From: Phoronis australis
Lineage: Eukaryota; Animalia; Phoronida
Length of the DNA stretch: 64,000 nt
Assembly: GCA_002633005.1 (NCBI GenBank)
Contig: NMRA01000701.1
Location: forward strand, 131,583 to 195,582
Direction of reading: 5' to 3'
Below the pieces are notes generated by a model. The model saw nothing but the letters and a program-made list of their open reading frames with translations, was not told the DNA's origin and made no database searches. This document shows, piece after piece, positions 23,547 to 36,200 of this stretch. Position numbers and translations under genes: made by a program. Every line of letters begins with the position of its first letter. Position 1 is the first letter of the stretch.

Positions 23547-26020
23547 GTTTTAGTTTACAGCCGCTTCACGCAGTGTTGTGCATCTTTCGAAAATTGAGGC
23601 AAATGAACGTGAGCAAAACTCTGTGTTTCGGTGAAATCGTTGGAGATCCCGTGGATCACCATGTAAGCACGCTAGTAAACACTCTTGACAACGCTCCCGT
23701 CGAGTTTGATCCAACACCTGCAGCCGATGAGATTCTTCTCACGTGTCCCGTTTCAATGTGCAGAGCGGCACACACTTCAGCGCCACCAAGAGACTGAAAA
23801 CTCTGATAAGCAAAATAAAGGATGGTCGGTTGTCACCACTAGCAGTGTTGCACATTTCAAGGGGCACTGCTTTCGGCCGAGTGGTGACGGCCACCCTCAA
23901 ATAAAGGTGACTGTCTTTAGGTATATGTAAATTGATTACAGTGTTTTCCTTATGCATCGATACTTTTATAATGTTATCTTACTATAATTATATGAAATAC
24001 GAAAACTCAGTTAAGGCCAAGAATTTAAAGGGGCATTAAGTCATTGTATAGCAGGGCTATTTTTAGTACCGCGCTCCGCGTCAGTGGTGCAAAAAATTCA
24101 TTGGCGCATTATGTTCACTCACCTCTGGTCAAGTGGAGCATTAAAATTGTTTCGGCAATCATTTATGTTGTCTAGCCACTGGAATAATTACGTATCAAGT
24201 GGAAAGGAGCCGATCTAAATAAACAATGCAGAAAACACACTGTAAACGAAACGGTGTCTGACATGCTGTAAAAATAAATATGTACATGTATTAAATCGAA
24301 AGAATTAAAGTTAAAAAGAAATCTGCAAATGGTTGCAGCAACCTATACTTTACCTTTCCATTGATAGAGTGACCATGACCTGAAGGGCTAATCAGTATGT
24401 GATGACGTACCGACAACCTGCATCTGATTTACAGTAGTGGCAGCGCCACCAACCGGATTAATATCCAAAATATCCCATTCTGCCACAAACCCACTTTTCG
24501 TGGAAGAAATTAACACTTTGATTTAGACCACTGTATTTCGCCGGTATTGAAGGGTCAACGTTGAATTCTTAACAAAACTCATTGGTATGAACATCACCAC
24601 GATAGTCCAATCTTGAATTGCTGGAGAATGAGCCGACATTTTAAGTCATTGGCAATGCGTATGTATACCTTGTACGTCCGCCACTTCCGATTTTGCAATT
24701 TATTGTTACGCATACTGCAATAAACTGTGAAACGTTTTCATGAGACGCTGATGGTTTCGACGGTCTTGTTTGTAACAAAACAGAATCATATCACGGTGAG
24801 GCATAATATCATCCGAGCGAACACATGGTCAAGCACAGGCACTTATTGAATGTGAGCGCGGAACGCCAAGTTGGCCATGGAGATACAAAAGCTTGGTACG
24901 CAGGCATGTGATTGCCAATTGTATACAAAGTCTGTTCAAGTTGTCATGACCTGCATTCGGTCAAAAATAATTTTGATATCATTTACAGTTTATAAATTGG
25001 TTTCGGCCACATCCATATACATTTCGCCAGGAAGAAATGTCCAGAGGCTTAGAAAAACGGACAGCTCACCGGTGGACCAGGTCTTCGCTTGTCACTATGC
25101 TCTTGACCTCAACTAACGTCTACATTAGCTGTGTTTTCTTTCCAAATTCAGAAATTAATTCTCATATGAATCATCAAGGGACTAGTAGAGACAAATATTA
25201 CCATCGATGATATGAGTAGATTTAAGTTTGTTTTCCCTCGTGTGAAGGACCGTCTACCCTTGAATATGCACGCCACTCAAAATATTCTATTTGCAACCTG
25301 GAAATTGGTGATTCTGTTATCATTTGGCACACGATGCTACACCTGTTTGTGGTCAATGTTGCACCTGAACATCCGATCCAACGTCGGTGCCAATAGGCTT
25401 TTTGCGATCAGTGAGGGTTTTCGAGCGACCCCACACCCAGTCACCGAGGAGAGTTAATCTATCTGGTGCTCATTTTCGAGAATCGGATTACCTAAGAAAC
25501 ACTCTGGTTCATAGAGTACCCTTTCATGTCCAAAAACCTCTGGGATCCAAGAGACCGTTCCAGGAAAACTGACTTCGCTAAAACAAATTTTAAATTTCAA
25601 TCAACTTTAAGATTTTAAAAAAGCTTAAATTTGTCTCACACCCTTTTTAAATAAGAAATCTGAAGTTTGACTTAAGTTTTGTTATAATTTTGACAGGATT
25701 TAGACTTAAGTCAAAATGAACCTACATGTAAGTCAGTTCAGTTCTTGGAACAGGTCCCAGGTCTACAGGCATCATAAACCATCAGTTGGAGATCCAGCAA
25801 AATCGAGTATCATGTACAGGTCTGGGCATGTCCTGGGCACAATAATATACATGTATCAATATAAATTGCTGATTATATAATTGTCCAAATCTCGTGTGAA
25901 AATGGTGAAATCTCGCTCATGGGATGGATGATACAACAGTTTGCTGCAAACAGTAAGTGCACAAATATCAGTGTTCCTCAGTAGTGGTAATAGTACTTAG
26001 ACCGGCAATCTCGGGACCTG

Positions 26021-26421
26021 GGCCCGGTCTCTAGTCTTTGTACTCGAAACGAACTCGAAATTATTTTTGGCAATTTCTCTGCTCCTTTTGTGCGAACTTA
26101 AGATAATTGGTTATCAGACTGTGCTCGAATACATTATAGTTTATGCATAGGAGTTCCTAGTTCAAGTTCGCCCTTGAAGACCCTTATATTCGTGCTACAA
26201 ACTCGAGTAAAAACTCGAAATTTCGAGTTCAAACTCGATCTTATTGCTTTAATATCGTTTTTACAAACTGTGAACTAAGGGCAATAAATTATCTACGTAA
26301 GTTATTGTGTACTCGACCATAGAATAATAGACACTTATCTTGAGTTCGCCCAAAAGTAGAGTAGAAAATGCCAAACCTAATTTCGAGTTCCATTTCGAGT
26401 AAAAAGATTGGAGACCGGGCC
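26021..26421. mobile_element. PIF/Harbinger-like MITE (TIR GGCCCGGTCTC, 3-bp TSD CTG); decayed relatives at ~17490-17830 and ~31620-31970
   Basis: ctg|ggcccggtctc...gagaccgggcc|ctg, with internal ACTCGAAA repeats. Confidence 0.8.
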
Positions 26422-27094
26422 CTGTGGTTCGATTCCCAGTTGAGTTTCTTAATTTTAATGTGTTTATTTGATATAATGCAGACGGGGACGGGAGGGAGTT
26501 GAGAACTGCGGGAACTTGGAGACAGTTCATGTTATCGAGGGCCCCGGCTTGAGTTGGGGCTCAAAGAAACCTTTATCCGGCACAGGTGTTTGAGTACTAG
26601 AAAATAGATGAGAAATGCAAGAAGTTGAATTTTAATTGAACATTCAGATTACACTGTTTTGGAAAATAGCTAACTTAAACTCAAAGAAGACACTGTGAAA
26701 GCTCTATGAGCTACCATTGGTTGGCTGCACTAACACAGATTGTCGAGGGTGAGATATTCATTAATAATGACAAATTGTCGCACAATTTTTTTACGATATG
26801 AGTCTAATATATAAAAGTCAAATCAATACATTCAAGGTCACCCAATGATGATATGGATAGATTAAATACTAACAACAAATTTTCGGAATGACTTCAGGCA
26901 TTTACTAAAATGCCTTTGGCAAACGAGTGTTTAAAAATCTTTCCACTTTAAATACACAAAACGAAACAAAACAAAATTATCCTTTTTGTGAAGGAATTCT
27001 CTTGACAATGACACACTCCTTTACAAAACTCATCACTAGATTTTTTGGGTCTAGACTAGAGCCTTGCTAGGTTGAACACTGAACACAGCAAATG

Positions 27095-27205
27095 TTACAG
27101 GTCAATCACTCTGTTCTCCAAACGCGACCTTTCTGCTTCGAAAACAAGCAAATGTGTCCGCAGGGTTTCCATAGGTCCACTCAATATCTTCCCTTTATCG
27201 TTGTC
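27095..27205 (-). CDS. Oxidoreductase paralog 2 exon 10
   Basis: [36 protein letters not shown]. Confidence 0.9.
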   Translation of the reverse strand, partial: DNDKGKILSGPMETLRTHLLVFEAERSRLENRVIDL

Positions 27206-30200
27206 CTTCGAAATAAGAATAGCAGATAAAATATGAGCATTCTAGATACTTTCATTACTAAACAGATCTTATCAGCAGATATTTCTTACAACATTTTCAC
27301 CAGCTAAAATGACTTTGAAAGCTTAGTGCTTAGGTGCGCTTTTTACTACCAGACGCACGGTTGCTGTACCCAATGTCATGTTTGTATTCGTCACTTTCAT
27401 ACTGATTTTGCTCGAATTCGTGTAAAATAACGTCTTAGGAGTTGTACAGAGTCTGTATGGAGTGACCGTCACTATTTTTCCAGTTCTATGAAATTCACAA
27501 TTTGTCTTTGTTCTAGATTTAACGGTGGACATAACTTCTCCGCCACTGAAGAACAAATTGTTCTAACGTGAGTCGTCATGGCGCGGTGCTATTTTTCTTA
27601 TGTCAAACTTCTGTGACACGTTATAGTGATACATGTAGAAGTTCATGACGCCCATATCCCTCAACTTAAACTTACCCACAAAGCACCAGTAAATGACTTC
27701 ATTAAATGGAAAGCCGCGGCTCCGTGAGATTGCAGCAATTTAGGAGCAGAACTTGTGTCGGAGATGTTGTAGGTATGACTTGATCTCGTCAAGAAATCGA
27801 AATGATGAAGTACAGAATCAAGTGTGCAGCGTAATTCCCCCTATAACAACATGCGAAGCCTATTGCCATGTTACTGTCGTCCTAAGCTCTACAAAGATGG
27901 TACACAGGTTTCTTGAATTTTACTGGAGCGGCTTTTTATTAGATGAAACAAGAAGACTCCTGACTTTTCAACGTGTCCATTGACCATTGCAAAACAGTTA
28001 TGGCAGTGATGTAAACGTGCTGAATGGGCGACTTTTGGAGGTGGAGCAAAATTAAACCACATCCTGTGAAATGAATCAGTGGAAAGACAGGACATTCGCA
28101 CTATGTATGACGACGTGGTGGTGAAACTGAACTAGTGAGGACCAGACAGAATGTGTTGGGCTGTTAATAGTTTTTGCTTAGTGTCAAGCCATTGACCGAC
28201 CACAGAGATGCCGAAGCGTTCATGACTGCACAGGAAAATGGTAGGTGACTCATCGTTAATTAATTAATTAATTGTTATGCAATGCGGACAGAGGTTGGTA
28301 ATATGCTATCACTTTTAACCTTGAGAGGATACGCGTAACGATGTTTCAAAGTTGCCCAAAACGACAGCGTTTGTCATCAATCACCTGTACTGGGTGTTGA
28401 AATGACAAATTTGTCAATTAAAAAGAGAAGACAGTGAAAAACAAAGAATGTGATTTCAGGTCGTAAGTCAACGGTTAAATTACCTTTGTTCCGCAAACGG
28501 TTACCTTTCGCTCGCCAACCTTTTCCGTGAAGGCCGCCATGGTAAAAGATGCAGTGGCCCCCCCTTCAAACTGCATGTTGACGACCTGAACGTAGATCGA
28601 GGAAAAAGTTTCAATAACATAGTACGTGAGAAAAGTCTGCTCTATGTGCAAATGTGGTTGTTGTAATTGGTAGAGTCGCTAGGAAGAACATTTTGTTACT
28701 CGAGAAAATGGATACATAAAGCAAGCGTGACAGTGTATGGGCCACCATGACCTAATCTCGCTTTTGTTTGTAAAACCCTGCCAACGGCAAGGTAAGAGAT
28801 AAACCCTCCCCAGTTAGTGTCACTGATAAATTTTGAGTAATCCTTACAATTTACCTGATTGCTCATTACGTCATTGTCACAGTCGTAGACACATCTTCCA
28901 TATGGACCCGCCTTTAAAGCTTCCGTGATATTTTCAATGTCTGGGATCTCACCAGGAACCAGCACCGAATTGGGAAAGCCTGTTTTCCCCTTTGAAGTAC
29001 AATAAAACATTCCTTATATTTTCGGAAGAGCATGGCGGTCAGTACGGCCAATAGTTGGCTAAACCCTTCACTCCATGGTCATAAATGACTGAATTCGGTT
29101 ATCATCAATCTTGTACGATATTTTAAATATTTCTTCTTCAATATTTGCACTTTTAATCAAGAAACAAACGCAACAATTAAAAAACTTAAATTTTTGTGTG
29201 GCGTCATCAGTGGATCCGGTCTTCGCCGTTGTGTTGAACTACACCAGCCGCTATCCCGTAGTGGACTCGAGGACATTGAGTTCCACTGAGTATTGTGAAA
29301 AGTTTCATGTGCGGAAGAGGCAGTGATAGAATTGGACAGACAACATTTCGGTTTTTTCGTTTCCAAAAGACCCAAAGATTGCCCAGAACTGGCACAGGTT
29401 CGTGCGTCGGACACGGGTGTGGCAGTACATGGTGGAGCAAGCGATGAGTTCCGGTGCCTCACCGTGCTCAGCTCATTTTGAAGAATCGTACATCGCGGAA
29501 ACGGGGATTTGGTGAAGGTTCTCCAACGTGGTGTAGCACATTTGATGGAGAAAAAGTGTATTGTGTTGCACCATTGCTGGGAACGTAGGTGTCAGACATT
29601 TATTGAGTATGATCGGCATCGGCATCAAATTGTGACTGAGATAATGAACGTAAGTTACCATGAGTCTATACTTGTTCCATATTTTGTGGCGATGCGTGCT
29701 ATCCACAAACATGTGTCGATGCCAAATAGTAGAAAATGGATTGTGGATGCCACGCAAATACTTTGAGGTCACGACCGCAACCGGCACAGAGGCTGGAGTC
29801 TTACACTGGACCGAAATAATCGACTAATCACAACGGTACAAAGCTTTCATAATTTTGAAAGACAAGACAGAAACGAGTATCATTTAACAAAAATAAACTC
29901 CAGTTAGCATCACTATACTAAGATATGATCCTTCATGACAAATTCACTCGGCATTCGAAGAAAATAAATCAGTGTCTGCTATTCGCGACCTCAAGCAGGA
30001 ACGCTTTATGACAGGGCGTGGTTCGGAAATACTAGACATTTCAAAACTGCATAGACTTTACCTTTTTCAGGCGTTTTTTAATAGCAATCAGTTGATTGTT
30101 CGTTTTAGTTTATAAGGATTAAGCCAAGCTAATTACCTGTATAACAGAGTCCAGATAAATTTTCTTTGCTGAATAAGCACACTGGAATTCATTGGAGCAA

Positions 30201-33200
30201 TCAAGACATCTAGAAGCAGAACCGCTGGGCTGAAATTAAGTACCACCGCTTTCATGAACATTAAATAGTGTACAATTTGTAATCAATCTAACCAGTCACA
30301 GATGCTCTTTTGTATAGAAGCACTGAATCTAACCTAGGAAAAACATATATATTCCCAGTTTTCAAAAAATTGTCCTTTGACCCCATATAACGAAAGTGCA
30401 ATATGTACCATATCTTAAAGACCACCTTATTTTCCTTGGTAAAGTGCATCAAACTTCCAAACGAAGAGACCTTTCTACAATTCTCGTCTCCCATCCAATA
30501 CTGAATGAGGTCGATGTCATGGCAACATTTGGTTAGCAACGAAAACGAGCTGCTGGCTTCGTTTCTCCAATTTCCTCTAACGAAAGAATGAGCAAAGTGC
30601 CAAAATCCGACCTGAAATGATAAGAAATTGACTGCAGGTAAAATACATACGTGTACTATAATGTACACCACAAGTTTATTTATTCCAGTATTAATATTCC
30701 GAGGAGGTAAGAATCACCAACTTGCAAATCAGTAATAGATCTGTCTTTTCAATATATTTTTGCACAAGAGACATAAAAACAATAGACAAGCCGCACAAAT
30801 ATCGACACTGAATGCTGCTATAACTGTATGTATTTTTCTGGAATATATAATCTGAGTGATGGTGTGATTTGAAAGGCTCTAATGCTTGAAGATTCAGAAA
30901 TTGCAGATAATAGAAAGACAGTGTATCTCGTGTAATGATGAAGTTAATTGAAGGCGAGGTTGTCAATGTAACCATACTATCATACATGTGTTACCGACTA
31001 TCAATAATAAACAATGGAGGACTAAAAATTTTACACATAAATAAGAAAAGCAGAAACGTCACTCATCATTAGACAACGTTAAATATACAACAGATTATAC
31101 CGGGATTTTCCGTAGATAAGCCTAGTACCCGATGAAACGCACATGGGCGTGGTGTTACAACTTCGGCTGAAGTGTCCAGATAGTGGGGCGTTTGTTCGAA
31201 AAATTTCCTCTTAAAAGCCGACGCAGCGTAAAGTTTTTGCCACAAATTCGGTTTTTGGAGCATTTATAATTTATAAAAACTAACAAGGTGTTGGCGAACT
31301 ATGCATTTATCAATATCAAATTTAAAATTTAAAATTTGAAATAACAGTTTTAAGTAAAAATATCAAAGTCAGCAAAATTATGACTTTCCGTTTACACATC
31401 CCCTTTTTCCGAATAAACGCCCAGGTGTTTATTTGATGTTACTAAATAAAAATTCCTGAAAATTGTCATTTTCCGAATACAATGGGCTTATTTACGGAAA
31501 ATCCCGTTGTTACCAGGTATTCCGTACTTTTGATCAACGTTTTTTGTATAATGTTATAAACCCTAATTAAAATGGTCACTGCTCTAATATGTCCTACAAA
31601 TTGAAGTCAAAATCATTTTTGGCATTTTCTATTCTACTATGTGCACGTTCAAGATAAGTGTCTATTAGTCTGTGCTCGAAAACCCTATGGTATGTGCTTT
31701 TCAATGTTTAAAACACATTTGACCTCCACACTCGAAAAAACTTGAGATCCCGAGTACTGAAAAACTTGAAAGTTGGAGTTCAGACTCAAAATTTCTAGCC
31801 TAGTTGTCGGGGTCACCAAGTGCAAACTAGCATCAGACAATTATTCACGTAAGCCGTTATGAATTAGAGCATACAATAACAGACACTTATGTTGAGATCG
31901 CACAAAATTAGAATAGAAAATCCAAAATTATTTCGAGTTCGGATTCGAGTAAAACTGAGACACGGGCTTTAATTCGTCGTTGTTATGTCAAACCATGCAG
32001 CCATATAAATGTTTCATTGCGGTCCGCGTCATTATCAAAAATATCTACTCTAAGACTAATCCCTTTTACTGCACTCAACTTGCCAAAACCACAAAATTTT
32101 GTAAAAACTTTTTTCCCTTTACTGTATTTCTTTCGTTTTTTTAGATGTTTATTATCATTGATAAAGAAGTACAAAAACTAACAAATAAGTACACCCATTC
32201 ATTCACGCATGCACACCTCAGGAGAGACCATTCTCGTATCTCGTATAAAGTAAACCACTGCTACATACAGTTAACGTGAACAATGAAATTTTCCAATTTC
32301 CCAGAGAAGCTGTCATTCACAAAATTTTCATGTGCAATGAATTTTTCAGCATTATTATAATAGTACTCATAAGAATATGTAACAAACTTATGAATATTAG
32401 GTATATTTTTGTGACGTCTCTCCTTGTAAATGTACTGTTTGGTTAGTAATAGTAAAATGTTAAATAGAAAATCATGTGTCTCATTAAATCCAAGAATAAC
32501 ACGTTTGTACGAGAGACAGTTGGGAAGCTGAATGGGAAACTTTTGAAGTAGTTCAGGTTGTCTTTGTGTACTCCTCCATCCAAGATAAATGTATAACCTG
32601 GGTGACAGAAACACTGTATGACAAAAACCTCTAACAGTCAAAAGTTTGATTCAGATGACGTTCACCTTAAAAGCTCAATACTTATTTTCGATTTATCAGA
32701 GTGCTGTGTGAAATTCTAATCGACGGTGGGATTCGTGCCATATTCCGACTGCGCAGAATATCTCTGCACCATTGCACCACTTGTTTGCACTTCACGCATT
32801 TGAGAAATTTTGCCGCAATACGAGTAAAGATGACGTAAAGTAATGAAACAACAGTATATAGTTCCCAGTTACTTTGACATACTGAGTCTGTCAATTGTAT
32901 AGTGATGACGTCTCCAATTGCACCGTCGTCAATGAGTTCTTTAATCTTCCTCGCGGCAGGAGCATACCTCAAGACATGTCCCACCGCCAGCATCACTTCG
33001 TTTTTTGCGCATGCCTCACAGATTTCCTTGCAATCGTCTGCATTTGTCTGAAACGAAACATGACGCAGACGGGGGTTGAGTTCCCCAAACATTTCCACGA
33101 GATGTCCTCAATGAAGGCGTCGTTGATGCAAGCAGGAATTGAAATTTAACAAATATGCGTGCTTCAAAGTACATGTTGAACTGATTTTAGAGTACCTTGA

Positions 33201-36200
33201 CATATGAAACACTCCAAATTGACTGCATGGGAACATTCTGCGGCGGAACACAGTTGCCTCAGTTTCCCAGGTGACATTATGTTATTTACATGATCAGTTG
33301 TAACAAAGTGAGCCTATATCTGGTGGTGACGACAAATCTTGAATTCTGGTCTTTGTTGAACAGATAGATTGTATTTTTTGGGACTTCACGCATGTTTTTC
33401 AATTGCAAATGGTCAATCCCTATTGGCAGTCACCAGAGTCAAAGTTCATATGTCAAATATGTAGCTACATGTGCGTTCATCGTATCATATATTTAACAAT
33501 TTTCAATTTTTCATGATTATACAGTGGTAGGATGGAGATCATGATTGTATTTTTCATGATTATACAGTGATAGGATGGAGATCATGATTGTATTTTTCAT
33601 GATTATGCAGTGATAGGATGGAGACCATGATTGTATTTTTCATGATTATACAGTGATAGGATGGAGATCATGATTGTATTTTTTTTCTTAAAACACTTAA
33701 TTTATTTCATCTCACTTTAAATTTTGACCCGCCGATGTAGAACTCAGAACAGCGTAAGCCTATTCTTTTTAAACAGTACGTTGTTTTTTGTAAACCTTTT
33801 AAAAAGATCTATTCTTGTAGAAATGACTATGTTAGCAAAAATCAATTTTGGGCCTCTTTTCATGATAGAAGCTCCCAACCGAAGAGCCGGAAACAATTTA
33901 ATAGCGTTGGAGGCCCAATTTTAGAACCCGATTTTTTGTCCATGTCGCATTATTAAGCTATTTAAATGTAAATTACATTTTCGCTGTCATGCATCTCATT
34001 AATGTGGGCTATGGCGATTGTGGTTTCAGGCAGAATTTACCTAGCTTCAAAGTTTGTCTTTATGAAGGCCACAGTAGGCTTATTACGCTACGAACTACAC
34101 TCCTCCACAGCGCCACCTACTAGTCGGTGCTGTGGCGAAGTGCACTTACGACCGGGCTTGCAGCCTTTGATGAAGCAGGTCCCTATGCGATCGAGATCCA
34201 TCACGCTAGTATCTGGTTAGAGAAGCAAGATCTCACAAGATTGCGCGAGATATCGCCGTGTGTTTTCAATGAGAGCGCGTGAGTTTGGCTAGATTTTTCC
34301 CGCCGCGAGATAACTATTAAACTTTACACGGGTGTACATGTACTTGTGCATGTATGCAAAGATATTTTTAGCTTACAAACCGCCATAGGTTTCTCCAGTA
34401 GCAAATGGTAACCTTTGGAAGCAAAAGCCAAGGCTGGATCCTGCAATTAAAGAAACTGTTGGTTTTAACAGCAGCGTCTGTGAGGCCGTTGACGAACATA
34501 AGAAAACGAAGAGCAACGGCACTTGTTCTCATGAAGCTGTCTATCGTTGATATACGCATCACTTGCACTAAAACATGACATGAAATCAGAATGAAAATTC
34601 GAGAGACTAGATTGATAGCGTAAAGAATAAATGCAGTGTCGCGTTCCTTGAATTCTTCACACCATGGTCATAAATGCTTGAATTCGGTTACCAACAACTG
34701 GTACGAAATTTTATGTATTTCTTCTTCAATATTTATTCTTCAAGAAATAAACCCAAAAATCAAAAAATTTGTGACGTCATCCGAATTTCGGTCTCCGCCT
34801 TCGTGTTGGTCTACACCAGCCGCGAGCCGGAATGGTCTCGAAAAGTGTGTTCGACTTATTATTTTGAAAAGTTGCATGTGCAGATGCAGTAAGAGCAAGT
34901 CGGCAAACAATATTTCGGTTTTTGCGATTCCAAAAGACCCTGAGATCGCCCAGAATGGCACATGGTTCATGTGTCGAAAACATGGCAGTACATGGTAGCG
35001 CAAGCGATGAGTTCAGGGGCCACTCTGTTCTCAGCACATTTTGAAGAATCGTGCTTCTATGCGTCGCAAAAACGGGGATTTGGTGAAGGTTTCTCATGGG
35101 CTGCGCAACACTGACAAAAGTGGGTGCATAACGTAAAATTGCCGTGAGGACTTGACAGGGACCTCAGGGGTCTCACACTCCACTGATTTATCCACATTAT
35201 TTTGAAAACGCTTTGCCCAGTCGCACATTGTGTGTCATAAAAGAGATAAGCATACCAGCAGCTGACGCAGAAAGTAGATCTACTCTCCTTCATCACATTG
35301 GTGTACACTCACAGTGGAACTATGGTTTTCTGTAGACCCCAGACCGTCCCGAGTTGCACCACATACCAACTGGGGACGGTCTCTCACGACGATTAAGCGT
35401 TATGGAGGGGCTAAAGCCCCCTCAGCTCCCCTGTGGTGCACGGCCTATAAACCATGTACGGCGTAGCTCCCTATGGTGCGCCGCCCATGTATTAGGTACT
35501 TTGGGAAAGAAACTAGGCTCGCTGTTATCGGCGATTTGAAAAGACTATTCTCGGCAAATGCTGTGTGGACAATAGGTAAACACGATAGTTAAATCCGGGT
35601 CTTTAATGAATATGCTTTAATCGAAATTTCGCCGGGAATTTTGACGCGATTGAACCGGTAAGCCTCATCAGCAGACCCAGTGGTACTTGACGACTGAATG
35701 ATTTCCTGTTGAACATATTCGACGTCGCCTGGTTTGTTTCTACCGTTCAATTGCACGACTTCTCTCCCTTCAACACCAGGGTCATCAGTAGGATCTTTCT
35801 GTTCAACTGTTTGACCCGTATTTTCATGGACATTCTGTTTTATCTTCTCGTCGTTCTCTGTGGAATCGCGGGACACTTCCTCCGAAGTGTTTCTTTCACA
35901 TTTTGCGTCTTCTTTGTAGATGCTTGTCGAGTTTCCAACTTCGCACTCGACTTCACACTCGGTGATATGCCCACCAAGGTCCGTTGATTTGCGGACAGTG
36001 TTTACCTTTTTGCGGCGTGAGGCTGTCACAAGAAGACAACACAAATCTGTTACGCACCTGACATAAGATTCCATTAATTTAATGTCAGCTTCTGCTTTGT
36101 GAACAGTTTTGGACGCGTCAGATGTGTCTCCTGACCACTCGTCATTCACTGCCGAGGTTCCAGAGGCGTCTTTGTTGCCAAAAGACACAATGCGTGGGAA

